Sequence record: OQ885479
Strand: one strand, 5' to 3'
Length of the DNA stretch: 64,000 nt
From: Escherichia phage SUT_E1520
Shown here: positions 6,917 through 15,286 of the stretch, one piece after another
Position numbering within the stretch: position 1 is the stretch's first letter
Layout of the letters: each line of letters starts with the position of its first letter
Program-made: the position numbers and the translations under genes
The notes under the pieces: model-generated
What the model saw: the letters and a program-made list of their open reading frames with translations, nothing else
What the model was told of the DNA's origin: nothing
The model's database searches: none

Positions 6917-7062
6917 AATCCTGAAGTATGCCGGAATCGGTAGACGGGGCTGCCTAAAAGGTTTATAGGGAACATCCACTCCCTGCAACATACCTCATAA
7001 AGCGGCTGAGATAAATGGTCTATCTCGTGAAGGTTCAAGTCCTTCTGCTTCTTGATACACCA
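6917..7062 (+). ncRNA. non-coding structured segment containing a T-arm-like hairpin (GAAGG-TTCAAGT-CCTTC); not resolved as a tRNA
   Basis: No ORF; several local hairpins, including GAGATA-AATGGTC-TATCTC. Confidence 0.25.
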
Positions 7063-7282
7063 ATGGCTCAAAGTGTAACGGTGCTATTTGATGCGCTTAG
7101 TAAGACTTCCCCGACATGCGTTCGGGAGTAAGCTGCTAAGACTAGAGTAGAAGAGTTTCTGAGAGCCGCCACAATTGAAAATTCGTACTCGTCTTGAGCT
7201 GCGTGCAATAGGAGATAACTTGATTAGTATTCTAGAACATGCTAATTGAGGAAGGTTTCGCTAACCCTGCGAGTTTTCAATT
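7063..7282 (+). ncRNA. non-coding structured segment with a 13-bp long-range helix
   Basis: CCACAATTGAAAA (7169-7181) pairs with TTTTCAATTGTGG (7273-7285); no ORF, no canonical T-loop. Confidence 0.3.
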
Positions 7283-7359
7283 GTGGCTATATCATAATTG
7301 GTTAATGATCCTGATTGTGAATCAGGCCTATGTGGATTCGAATTCCACTAGCCACCCCA
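7283..7359 (+). tRNA. tRNA-His (GUG)
   Basis: Acceptor GTGGCTA/TAGCCAC, anticodon arm CCTGA-TTGTGAA-TCAGG, T-arm GTGGATTCGAATTCCAC, CCA. Confidence 0.7.
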
Positions 7360-7384
7360 AATTAACTTAAATAGGAAATAAAAT

Positions 7385-7579
7385 ATGGCTGATTTCTGCA
7401 AACAATGCTCCATTGATATGTGGGGTAAAGATACTGGTGATCTTTCTGGTTTGATTACAGAAGCTGAGGTCAAAGAAGGTTATGGTGCAGTTGTGATTTG
7501 CGAAGGATGCGGCGTTATTCGTGTTGATCATGAAGGCAAACGTTTGGAAGAATCTGAGCCAACAACAATTTTTCCGTAG
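7385..7579 (+). CDS. small Cys-containing protein (CxxC...CxxC zinc-finger-like)
   Basis: ORF track; SD AGGAAATAAA. Confidence 0.5.
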   Translation: MADFCKQCSIDMWGKDTGDLSGLITEAEVKEGYGAVVICEGCGVIRVDHEGKRLEESEPTTIFP

Positions 7580-7591
7580 AATAAAAATTAT

Positions 7592-7667
7592 TGGGATGTA
7601 GATCAATTGGCAGATCGTCGGCCTCTGACTCCGAAGGTTCCACGTTCGATCCGTGGCATCCCAGCCA
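7592..7667 (+). tRNA. tRNA-Gln (CUG)
   Basis: Loop CTCTGAC, T-arm CCACGTTCGATCCGTGG, CCA. Confidence 0.55.
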
Positions 7668-7673
7668 AATAAT

Positions 7674-7749
7674 TGGAGAGTAGTGTAACGGTTAGCACAA
7701 CGGCCTTTGACTCCGTTAATGGTAGGTTCGATTCCTCCTTCTCCAGCCA
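7674..7749 (+). tRNA. tRNA-Gln (UUG)
   Basis: Loop CTTTGAC, T-loop GGTTCGATTCC, CCA. Confidence 0.55.
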
Positions 7750-7757
7750 AACAATAA

Positions 7758-7833
7758 GCGGTTAAGCACACGGGTTGTGCCGCAGGCCTTCCAAGCCTCG
7801 CTGAGTAGGGTTCGATTCCCTCTAGCCGCTCCA
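7758..7833 (+). tRNA. tRNA-Gly (UCC)
   Basis: Acceptor GCGGTTA/TAGCCGC, loop CTTCCAA, T-loop GGTTCGATTCC, CCA. Confidence 0.6.
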
Positions 7834-7849
7834 ACTTTAAGGAAACATT

Positions 7850-8101
7850 ATGCACGTTTTTGAGTTTCGTAATAAAAGTACCGAAAAACGAGTTATTGTT
7901 ATTGGAGAAACATACCGAGCATACGAACAAACTGACGGCTCTGTTATCCTGAATGATGAGAAAGGAGGTTTTAGCTTTTATCCAGAAGAACCTTATGAAG
8001 AGTTTCGAAAACAATTTAACCTAGACTGGAGAAAGCATTTAAACACTGTTGCTTCATCTGTAGTATTGCCAACTACCAGTACTGTACTCTCTAATGGCTG
8101 A
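7850..8101 (+). CDS. hypothetical protein
   Basis: ORF track; SD AAGGAAACA. Confidence 0.5.
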   Translation: MHVFEFRNKSTEKRVIVIGETYRAYEQTDGSVILNDEKGGFSFYPEEPYEEFRKQFNLDWRKHLNTVASSVVLPTTSTVLSNG

Positions 8102-8258
8102 TAACCTAAAAGTCAAGATCGATAAACAAAAGAAACGTGTAGAAGTAGAGATTGGTGAAGAACGTGTAGCCTTCACCTTTGAATTTCTACAACAAATGGC
8201 AATGGCGGTTATGACTGATAAGTCTCCTGTTATTGAAAAAGAAATCCCGTTGAAATAA
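8094..8258 (+). CDS. hypothetical small protein (54 aa), start overlaps the upstream stop
   Basis: ATGGCTGA overlap with the preceding gene; below the track cutoff. Confidence 0.35.
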   Translation: MADNLKVKIDKQKKRVEVEIGEERVAFTFEFLQQMAMAVMTDKSPVIEKEIPLK

Positions 8259-8266
8259 CGGGTTCT

Positions 8267-8353
8267 GCTGGGTTGGCAGAATGGTTGAATGCACCTGATT
8301 TGTAATCAGGAGGAGTAATCCCGTTACAGGTTCGAATCCTGTGCCCAGCACCA
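8267..8353 (+). tRNA. tRNA with long variable region; anticodon read as UGU (Thr type) but identity uncertain
   Basis: Acceptor GCTGGGT/GCCCAGC, anticodon arm CCTGA-TTTGTAA-TCAGG, T-arm ACAGGTTCGAATCCTGT, CCA. Confidence 0.5.
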
Positions 8354-8367
8354 ACTTAAGGACTATT

Positions 8368-8535
8368 ATGTTTAAATTATTAGTAGTTATCTGGTATAGT
8401 CAATCAAATAGAGCGAATACCTCCCACGTTATAGACTTTAATACTAAAAATGAAGCTGAAAAAGCATATTCTAATTTAATAGAACGTAATAAAGAATCTC
8501 GTAGTATAGTTTATGAAGTGACTAAACTTTATTAA
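8368..8535 (+). CDS. hypothetical small protein (start moved to the in-frame ATG after the tRNA)
   Basis: Track ORF 8341..8535 begins inside the tRNA; SD AAGGACT precedes the ATG at 8368. Confidence 0.4.
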   Translation: MFKLLVVIWYSQSNRANTSHVIDFNTKNEAEKAYSNLIERNKESRSIVYEVTKLY

Positions 8536-8543
8536 AAATTCAT

Positions 8544-8572
8544 TTGCTTTCTCTCTTATTTATTGTTATAAT
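8544..8572 (+). promoter_or_regulatory. T5-type early promoter
   Basis: TTGCTT-N17-TATAAT; leader ATAAATTAATGAGAGGG. Confidence 0.6.
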
Positions 8573-8602
8573 ATTTATATAAATTAATGAGAGGGAAGCC
8601 AA

Positions 8603-8896
8603 ATGAAACGTTATCTTTCTGTTGTGTTCCAAACTGGTGGTCAACGCTATACCTATGAATTTCCTGGCTCTTGGAAGATCAAAGAAGGTGATCAAGTAGT
8701 AGTGTTAACACCGCGTGAGGGTTTTAAGGTAGTAACGGTTAAGCAAGTATTTCCAAAAGAGCATGAACCAGCTAAAGGCATTCGCTATAAGATGATTCAT
8801 GGTGTAGTTCGTCAAGTACCACGAGCGGAAGTCGAAATCAAAGTAGATAAAGATGGTAAACTTAAATATACCTCTTGCTTAGACGAGTTGCTATAA
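8603..8896 (+). CDS. hypothetical protein
   Basis: ORF track; promoter and SD upstream. Confidence 0.55.
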   Translation: MKRYLSVVFQTGGQRYTYEFPGSWKIKEGDQVVVLTPREGFKVVTVKQVFPKEHEPAKGIRYKMIHGVVRQVPRAEVEIKVDKDGKLKYTSCLDELL

Positions 8897-9102
8897 TGAG
8901 GATTACTTTTACAGAAAAGATCATGAGTAATGGTGTTATGATCATTACCGCATGGGATGGTAATCAGTGGTGTAGTGTTTCAGGTATTAAGCCTGAAGAA
9001 CAAACACTAGAAAATATCTCAAAGATTAAGCGAAGAATGGCAGAACGTGCACGACTTCCAGGTGCACCTAGAAATGGCAAACGTTCTGCTGCAAAATGTT
9101 AA
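8896..9102 (+). CDS. hypothetical protein (start at TAATG overlap)
   Basis: Track ORF 8875..9102; in-frame ATG at 8896 overlaps the upstream stop. Confidence 0.45.
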   Translation: MRITFTEKIMSNGVMIITAWDGNQWCSVSGIKPEEQTLENISKIKRRMAERARLPGAPRNGKRSAAKC

Positions 9103-9103
9103 T

Positions 9104-9180
9104 GCTTCGGTAGCTTAGCGATCTAAAGCACTCGGCTGATAACCGAGAGATCGGGGGTTTAAATCCCTCCCGGAGTACCA
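9104..9180 (+). tRNA. tRNA-Ile (GAU) with a non-canonical T-loop (TTTAAAT)
   Basis: Acceptor GCTTCGG/CCGGAGT with G-U pairs, anticodon arm CTCGG-CTGATAA-CCGAG, CCA. Confidence 0.6.
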
Positions 9181-9194
9181 AATTAAGGTTATGT

Positions 9195-9353
9195 ATGGAA
9201 GATATTGATAAACTTGCAAAAATATTTGCTGAACTTTCTGATATAGAAGTCTCAGAGAACTCTAGAATAGATATGTTTATTGACCAATATAGAGAAGGAC
9301 TTATCAGTAAGAAAGATCTTCTAGATCTAACCTATAAAGAATTAACTAGTTAG
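9195..9353 (+). CDS. hypothetical small protein (52 aa)
   Basis: ATG after SD AAGG; below the track cutoff. Confidence 0.35.
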   Translation: MEDIDKLAKIFAELSDIEVSENSRIDMFIDQYREGLISKKDLLDLTYKELTS

Positions 9354-9423
9354 TTGGCAGAGTGGTTATGCACCTCCTTCATACGGAGCGACTACAGTGG
9401 TTCAAATCCACTACTAACTACCA
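9348..9423 (+). tRNA. tRNA with CAU anticodon (third CAU tRNA; Met or Ile2 type)
   Basis: Acceptor AGTTAGT/ACTAACT, loop TTCATAC, T-arm AGTGGTTCAAATCCACT, CCA. Confidence 0.6.
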
Positions 9424-9460
9424 TTAAAAGAGCTAGAGATAGCTAACTTTAGGAGCAGCT

Positions 9461-9655
9461 ATGTTAACAATTAAAATAATGTCAGCCAAGAATGGGGAAC
9501 AGATTCATACAGGCAAAAGTGTAAGCTTTAATCCTAGAAATAAAAGATTGGCTATAGTTGGAGTAGACCAAGCCATCTTTTTAAAAGAAGATGAAGTAGC
9601 ATATGTCATGAACCAAACTGGTAAGACAGTTTCCGTATACTATGGAAAAGTATAA
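9461..9655 (+). CDS. hypothetical protein
   Basis: ORF track; SD AGGAGCAGCT. Confidence 0.5.
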   Translation: MLTIKIMSAKNGEQIHTGKSVSFNPRNKRLAIVGVDQAIFLKEDEVAYVMNQTGKTVSVYYGKV

Positions 9656-9697
9656 AGAATAAATAGCTGAGCCAAATTCTAACATCGGGGAGATCTA

Positions 9698-10066
9698 ATG
9701 AAAGCATATCAAAATCTTAAATCTGGCGTAATTAACCTTGTTCATGAAAATCAGATTATTCAGCTATACTCCGACAACGGTGAACTTAAACAGAAAGTTC
9801 TAGTTGAAGATCTAGAAGGTATCACACCACAATTCGATCCCGAAGCCTTCCGTGAAGTCAAAGTGGAAGTCGCCCCTCAAATCGAAGGTGGTCAGCACCT
9901 AAATGTCAATGTGTTAAGCTGTGATCAGCTTTTGGATGCGCAGAAACATCCTGAAAAATATCCTCAGTTGACCATCCGTGTCTCTGGCTACGCTGTTCGA
10001 TTTAACGCACTGACTCGTGAACAACAGAACGACGTTATTAGTCGTACATTTACTCAGGCGATGTAA
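9698..10066 (+). CDS. autonomous glycyl-radical cofactor (GrcA/YfiD-like; pyruvate formate-lyase C-terminal domain homolog)
   Basis: C-terminus [31 protein letters not shown] matches the glycyl-radical motif RVSGY of PflB/GrcA. Confidence 0.8.
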   Translation: MKAYQNLKSGVINLVHENQIIQLYSDNGELKQKVLVEDLEGITPQFDPEAFREVKVEVAPQIEGGQHLNVNVLSCDQLLDAQKHPEKYPQLTIRVSGYAVRFNALTREQQNDVISRTFTQAM

Positions 10067-10147
10067 TGGGGTTTGGGTACGATTTCTCCGAACTACGTGA
10101 GGTAGTCGAGCAAACTCCGTTTATCTCCCAAGTTTTAGGAGAAATGT

Positions 10148-10462
10148 GTGGATCGAGCATTAAGACGCCATCACCGGCAACGTGTGAAGAACAACCGCAA
10201 GAAGTATTGGACAGTCTTTCCACATGAAGAAAGCCCTAAGCGGTTAGGTATTATCACTACTACTCCTTGCATCTGTTCTTGTTGGATGTGCGGGAACCCT
10301 CGCAAATATTATAAGAATAGTAAAGCAGGCATGAAAATTTCGGAGATTAGGAAAATGGAAGCAATGATTATGGGCATCTCAAATGATGAATTTGATGGCT
10401 TTGTAGGATTCGGAGAAGGAATCAGCTCAGGCTATTCCGAAGATGAACGCCCCGATCTGTAA
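10148..10462 (+). CDS. hypothetical basic protein (GTG start per track; a competing 53-aa frame starts at 10066)
   Basis: ORF track; overlapping alternative frame leaves the true gene uncertain. Confidence 0.35.
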   Translation: MDRALRRHHRQRVKNNRKKYWTVFPHEESPKRLGIITTTPCICSCWMCGNPRKYYKNSKAGMKISEIRKMEAMIMGISNDEFDGFVGFGEGISSGYSEDERPDL

Positions 10463-10471
10463 TTAATAACA

Positions 10472-10508
10472 AACCCCAGCTATTGAATAAGTAGTCTGGG
10501 GTTTTTCT
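10472..10508 (+). terminator. rho-independent terminator
   Basis: CCCCAGCT...AGTCTGGGG hairpin followed by TTTTTCT. Confidence 0.6.
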
Positions 10509-10583
10509 GTATAAAGGTACATAATATATGTATAATAAAATTCATCCACATTAGGTTAATTTAAAAGACTTAATGGAGGTAAT

Positions 10584-10931
10584 ATGAGCCGTACTTATCG
10601 TAAACAATCTGGTGATCAGTGGTGGAAGTCTAAAGAACACTTCTCTCAAGAATATTCTTTCTTCAAAGAAAATGGCTACTGGATTCGTGTTATTTATGCC
10701 AAATCCTGGGACGACATCAAAAAAGAAATGAAGGAAGCAACCATTCGTAATGAGAAAAAGGATGGTTATAACTGGAATTCCATTAGTAAGAATGTTAAGT
10801 GGCACTCTAATAAAATGGTTCGTCAAGGGAATCGTCAAGAACTTCACCGCGTGATGAAAGATCCAGAAAATTACGACTATAATCGCGATCATGACATGCG
10901 TAAGCGTGGGTTATGGTGGTGCTATGACTAA
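10584..10931 (+). CDS. hypothetical protein
   Basis: ORF track; SD GGAGGTAAT. Confidence 0.55.
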   Translation: MSRTYRKQSGDQWWKSKEHFSQEYSFFKENGYWIRVIYAKSWDDIKKEMKEATIRNEKKDGYNWNSISKNVKWHSNKMVRQGNRQELHRVMKDPENYDYNRDHDMRKRGLWWCYD

Positions 10932-10948
10932 ATTCTGAAATAATTCAT

Positions 10949-10977
10949 TTGCTAAACCTCTCTTTTCTTGCTATAAT
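10949..10977 (+). promoter_or_regulatory. T5-type early promoter
   Basis: TTGCTA-N17-TATAAT; leader ATAAATTGATGAGAGAGG. Confidence 0.6.
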
Positions 10978-11007
10978 ATGTTTATAAATTGATGAGAGAG
11001 GTTTGAA

Positions 11008-11289
11008 ATGAAAACTCGTCTAGACTGTGCTGTTCATGTTCTTGAGCATGATGTTGCTGGAACCTGTATGTCTTACCACGAAGCAGGTCGTTTAATTAAA
11101 GAACGTGTGGCAGATGTGTGCGGATTGAAGATTACTGCTGAGGAAGCTGATGATCTTTTAGGTCAAGCACTGGAGAAAACCGAAATGTTCCTCTGCGATT
11201 CTTGTTCTTGGTGGTGTGAAGCTCACGAACGTTCTTTCAATGATTATGATGTATGTCGTGATTGTAGTGGGGAGGATGAAGATGAATAA
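11008..11289 (+). CDS. Cys-rich acidic protein (C-terminus CRDCSGEDEDE)
   Basis: ORF track; promoter upstream. Confidence 0.55.
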   Translation: MKTRLDCAVHVLEHDVAGTCMSYHEAGRLIKERVADVCGLKITAEEADDLLGQALEKTEMFLCDSCSWWCEAHERSFNDYDVCRDCSGEDEDE

Positions 11290-11581
11290 GTTTATTATTG
11301 CACTGATGATCTCCGCAGTTAGTTTCGGTTCTCTGGCGTCTACCAAAGTTTCTATGAAAAATGGTAATGTTAAAGTCCAACAGAACGGCATTATTACCGA
11401 GTATGGTAAAGTTCGTGATGTTAAGGAACGTAATGGTAAAGTAGAAATCTATACTAATAAAAACTTCTCTACTCCAGCCATTACTATTAGCAAACGCGGT
11501 GAAATAACCACCCAACGTACTAATAGCTCCAGTTCTTTTACTTGTCGTTATGATTGCGACTTTGAAGGTGAAGATGAATAA
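11276..11581 (+). CDS. secreted protein (signal peptide), C-terminus CRYDCDFEGEDE
   Basis: Track ORF 11216..11581; start moved to the in-frame ATG after SD GGGGAGG. Confidence 0.5.
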   Translation: MKMNKFIIALMISAVSFGSLASTKVSMKNGNVKVQQNGIITEYGKVRDVKERNGKVEIYTNKNFSTPAITISKRGEITTQRTNSSSSFTCRYDCDFEGEDE

Positions 11582-11969
11582 TTTAGACCCTAGAATTAAA
11601 TTTGCAATTACAGAAATCCAAGATCAAATTGATGAGGATTTCACTGTTTGGTCAAGGTCTGGTAATGGAGAATATTGCCAGCTTTATAGTATGAAAATGG
11701 GTATCTCAATTGAGCTTAATATCAACCCTGAAGGTAGAGTAGAAGCCCAACCCATGTTCAGTGTTCCAGGCTTCTCTGGATTTGTTGCAGGCATAAAATT
11801 GTGTCTACCAAATAACCATCTTCATCGAGTTATTTGTCAGCTAGAGACTATTAAGCATTTCTTGCCAGAAGATAACATTAATGACTACTACCACGAAGTT
11901 GTAGCAGCTCATATGATGAAAGAATCTAAACGTCGGAGAGAAGAACGTGAAAAGACTAAACATCAATAG
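11574..11969 (+). CDS. hypothetical protein
   Basis: Track ORF 11550..11969; ATG at 11574 in the same GAAGATGAATAA stop/start overlap as the upstream junction. Confidence 0.5.
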   Translation: MNNLDPRIKFAITEIQDQIDEDFTVWSRSGNGEYCQLYSMKMGISIELNINPEGRVEAQPMFSVPGFSGFVAGIKLCLPNNHLHRVICQLETIKHFLPEDNINDYYHEVVAAHMMKESKRRREEREKTKHQ

Positions 11970-12243
11970 CATAGTGCAGATTCCAGCAACTAAGGATGTT
12001 TTAACATTCCTACGGAGTGAAAACGCTCAGTTTTGGCATGATCATGTTGTAAAGAACGGTAGTACTCCAGATGTAGTTGCCTTTGCTAAAAAACGTATCG
12101 AAGAATATAAAGATCCAGAGATTAAAGATGGGATGATTACTATGCAATTGTGGGTAGCCATGAATACGTTTGGACCTACTATGAGTCTAGGAGTTACTCC
12201 ACTGTTTACTAATATTCTAATTAATGAAAAGGATCTGAAATGA
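11947..12243 (+). CDS. hypothetical protein
   Basis: ORF track. Confidence 0.5.
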   Translation: MKRLNINSIVQIPATKDVLTFLRSENAQFWHDHVVKNGSTPDVVAFAKKRIEEYKDPEIKDGMITMQLWVAMNTFGPTMSLGVTPLFTNILINEKDLK

Positions 12244-12524
12244 TTATCTCTCCATTTGCCCTTTGGTTCGTCATTGGATCTATAGTAGCTATTTACAGCT
12301 TGGTTGATGATCTGTATATTTCTAAGAATAAAGATGTAATATTATACGTTATACATAAAACTCGACCGTTAGATCTGCCTCCTCTTGATGATAAAACATT
12401 ACTCAGATGTGCTAGATCTATGATATTTATTGTGGATATTCTTCTAGGCCCAACATCTGTGTTTTTCTTTTATAGAAAGACTCGTAATATGAAAAAATTT
12501 AAAGCTGAAATGCAGAATACCTAA
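12240..12524 (+). CDS. membrane protein (hypothetical)
   Basis: ORF track; hydrophobic N-terminus. Confidence 0.5.
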   Translation: MIISPFALWFVIGSIVAIYSLVDDLYISKNKDVILYVIHKTRPLDLPPLDDKTLLRCARSMIFIVDILLGPTSVFFFYRKTRNMKKFKAEMQNT

Positions 12525-12634
12525 AGAACTCGCGTAGGACCGAGTTGCGTCACCTGCAACTGTTACGGATAAGGGAGTCGTGCCCCTTAGTGCGGTAAGT
12601 GGTGAGGTGGCTGCTAGCCATAACTGGAGATAAT

Positions 12635-12979
12635 ATGACTATATTACTAATTCTTGTTACAACTTGGTTTTTAATCGGTGCTGGATATGCGATAGCTATT
12701 ATTAGACATTTGGATGAACATTCTGCTGAATGGTTTGTTAAGTATCTACGTATTGATGATCAAGAACAGAAGTTTAAAGATGAAAAGCAGAAAAAAGCAG
12801 TAAATAATATGACAGCCAAAGAATGCTTGTTCTACATGCGTATTGTAGGGTTCTTTGGACTATTAGTTGCTGGCCCAATTGGTTCTACCATTGCTCCATA
12901 TAAAGAAACAGTTGCCGACATCAAATTGTGGAGAAACGCAGGGGTACTACGCAAAGCTAGAGAAACTAATATTACATAA
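12635..12979 (+). CDS. membrane protein (hypothetical)
   Basis: Track ORF 12599..12979; start moved to the ATG after SD GGAGAT; two hydrophobic segments. Confidence 0.5.
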   Translation: MTILLILVTTWFLIGAGYAIAIIRHLDEHSAEWFVKYLRIDDQEQKFKDEKQKKAVNNMTAKECLFYMRIVGFFGLLVAGPIGSTIAPYKETVADIKLWRNAGVLRKARETNIT

Positions 12980-13021
12980 GATTGATACTAAATCAACTTA
13001 CTAGCAAAAGCAAATAATGAC

Positions 13022-13059
13022 AAAGCCCAGCCTGCACTTTTGCGACTGGGCTATTTTTA
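13022..13059 (+). terminator. rho-independent terminator
   Basis: AGCCCAG...CTGGGCT hairpin followed by ATTTTTAT. Confidence 0.55.
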
Positions 13060-13073
13060 TAATAAAATTTTAG

Positions 13074-13102
13074 TTACTTAGATGCCCAAACTTTTGTATA
13101 AT
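13074..13102 (+). promoter_or_regulatory. T5-type early promoter
   Basis: TTACTT-N17-TATAAT. Confidence 0.5.
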
Positions 13103-13133
13103 ATGTTTATAGATTGAGGCAAGAGGATTAAAT

Positions 13134-13832
13134 ATGAGGATTATTTCTAAGTTCGCCGATGTGTATGACTTGCAGAACAGTTTGTTCGACCCAGATCGTG
13201 TTTGGGAACGTAAAACTGAAGAGTTGCTGGTCAAAGTAACCGATGATGCAGAAAAGAACATTGTGCATACTCGCCAGGTATTTCGTGATGGTTCGCTATC
13301 TTTCCGTGGTGATTTCGAATATTTTGTAAACCCACTATTTGTTGCAGGTGAAGTTTACTGGTTACACGAGCTGTACTGCTGGCATCCAGCATTTAGCTTC
13401 AAAACGTTCAACCTCGACACTATGTTCGATAAAATGGAAGAGATGGGATTGCATGCTCGCTCTTATTTAATGGATAAGAGTCGCGGAGATGTTCGTGAAA
13501 CAATGCGTGATTTGCTCGCGGAAGCAAAACCTAAAGCAGAACGTATCTTATCCGAACTGCGTGTACCGATTGCATATGTGAAAGGTATTAAAAAGAACGA
13601 TAACGATGATGTTCGTAACTTCGTGATTCAGACTAACATTCGTTTCCATCAATCAGGTATTCCGTGGCAGGAAATTGAAAGTAACTTATACCGTTTACAC
13701 CAAGTTCTCGAACAGTATATCTTTGGAGTACTAGGAACTGGTGAGCCTGATATGATTAAAGTATCAGATAAAGACAGGTTAGCAGCGCATGGATTTGATA
13801 CAAAAACTTCTTTCAGGAATATGGCACGGTAA
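13134..13832 (+). CDS. hypothetical protein (232 aa)
   Basis: ORF track. Confidence 0.6.
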   Translation: MRIISKFADVYDLQNSLFDPDRVWERKTEELLVKVTDDAEKNIVHTRQVFRDGSLSFRGDFEYFVNPLFVAGEVYWLHELYCWHPAFSFKTFNLDTMFDKMEEMGLHARSYLMDKSRGDVRETMRDLLAEAKPKAERILSELRVPIAYVKGIKKNDNDDVRNFVIQTNIRFHQSGIPWQEIESNLYRLHQVLEQYIFGVLGTGEPDMIKVSDKDRLAAHGFDTKTSFRNMAR

Positions 13833-14238
13833 GTGGTATATCCTGGGAGCAGGTCTAGCGATAGGCATCGGATTCGGTGCTTATCACTTAGTAGATAAAG
13901 TGGAGACTTTAGCGGGAGATCTTGCAGTAGCTACTAAAAAGATCTCTTCTCTAGAGACTTCCCTTAATAAGGTGAAAGCTGAAAGTGAACTTCGTGAGAC
14001 TAGAATGAATCAGTATTTCACGATGAATAATATTTCTCAAGCAGATCTAGACAAAAAGATTAAGCAGCTAGATAAAGCTCTTAGTCGTCAAGATGTTATC
14101 GCTGCAAAACCTGGATTGGTAACATTGATTGCTAAAAAGCAGAATAAAGAGTTCGAGGAAAGATTAGCGTGTTTAACTGGAAACTTGGAGTACTGCTCGC
14201 AGCCACAATCACAATCACAGGCTGTGCAGAAGAAATAA
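13789..14238 (+). CDS. membrane-anchored coiled-coil protein
   Basis: ORF track; TM helix followed by heptad-like sequence. Confidence 0.5.
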   Translation: MDLIQKLLSGIWHGKWYILGAGLAIGIGFGAYHLVDKVETLAGDLAVATKKISSLETSLNKVKAESELRETRMNQYFTMNNISQADLDKKIKQLDKALSRQDVIAAKPGLVTLIAKKQNKEFEERLACLTGNLEYCSQPQSQSQAVQKK

Positions 14239-14522
14239 AACCAGAGCCATCTCATGAGTTAAAGCAAGCTCATGTAGACTGGCCTAAAGGACTTCAACCT
14301 TGTAGCTTTGACTTTAAGTTTGAAAAGAAATTAGCTACAAATGGAGAAGATGGCGTAGTAGTTGTTATACCATACAAAGATTGGAATGCAAAAGCAAAAT
14401 GTGAGGAAGCAGTTTACTCTTACATTTCACGACTGACTGGTATGGTCTGCTTCTATCGTCAAGATTTACAAGAAAAACGTTGCTTAGTTTACTATCCACC
14501 AATTAACAATAGGAAAGATTAA
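14169..14522 (+). CDS. putative lipoprotein (lipobox ITGC)
   Basis: ORF track; signal-peptide-like N-terminus. Confidence 0.5.
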   Translation: MFNWKLGVLLAATITITGCAEEIKPEPSHELKQAHVDWPKGLQPCSFDFKFEKKLATNGEDGVVVVIPYKDWNAKAKCEEAVYSYISRLTGMVCFYRQDLQEKRCLVYYPPINNRKD

Positions 14523-15274
14523 TGTCAGTATTAGTCGGTTTACATGGTGAAGCTGGTTCGGGAAAAGATACCGTTGCAAAATTAATTATCGATTGGTGTA
14601 ATGACACGTATCCAACGTGTTTATCTCGTCGTTATAGTTTTGCTAAGCCCGTTTATGAACTTGCATCCGTAATCCTCGGTGTAACTCCAGAGTTTCTAGG
14701 AGAGCGCAGGGGAAAAGAGATTGACCAATGGTTTACGGTCACACAATCTCAGTTGGAACGAGCCAGGGATGTGTGGTTTAAGTACGGTATCGATAAGTTT
14801 GAAGACTTCTCGTACGTTTGGCCTATTTTTGAGGAAAAATATCTTAATCCTCAACAACTTATATCAGAGAATAAAGAAGACGGTCTTTATAGCTTATTTA
14901 TTTCTCCGAGAAAAATGTTACAGCTCGTAGGGACAGAGCTAGGAAGGCAGCTGGTGCATGAACGCATTTGGCTCATAATTCTGGAGCAATCCATCGCTAA
15001 AGACGACCCAGATGTCGCCGTAATAACAGATGTTAGATTCCCCAATGAAGGAGAGTTACTCAGAGAAACAAACCATTTAGATATGGATTCTTTGATAGTA
15101 AATGTAGTACCCGCTGAGCAGAAGTTCACTATTAAATCAGATCATCCATCTGAAAGTGGTATTCCTGCAAAATATATTACTCACGAATTAGTTAATAAAT
15201 TCGATGGTATCAATAACCTTAAACTAGAAGTTTATAACTTCTGTGACTTAGAGCTAGAACCACTAGTTGGATAA
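14522..15274 (+). CDS. dnk: P-loop nucleotide kinase, probable deoxynucleoside monophosphate kinase
   Basis: Walker A GEAGSGKDT at the N-terminus; 250 aa, matching my recollection of T5 dNMP kinase. Confidence 0.6.
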   Translation: MSVLVGLHGEAGSGKDTVAKLIIDWCNDTYPTCLSRRYSFAKPVYELASVILGVTPEFLGERRGKEIDQWFTVTQSQLERARDVWFKYGIDKFEDFSYVWPIFEEKYLNPQQLISENKEDGLYSLFISPRKMLQLVGTELGRQLVHERIWLIILEQSIAKDDPDVAVITDVRFPNEGELLRETNHLDMDSLIVNVVPAEQKFTIKSDHPSESGIPAKYITHELVNKFDGINNLKLEVYNFCDLELEPLVG

Positions 15275-15286
15275 TCAAGGATCACT

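Noticed and set aside
7367-8014. Minus-strand ORF of 215 aa
   Set aside because: It runs antisense across three tRNA genes and two plus-strand genes with promoter and SD support; low-complexity translation and no SD.
10066-10227. Alternative 53-aa ORF starting at the TAATG overlap after the GrcA-like gene
   Set aside because: It competes with the 104-aa track ORF in another frame and I cannot decide between them from sequence alone; kept the track ORF at low confidence.
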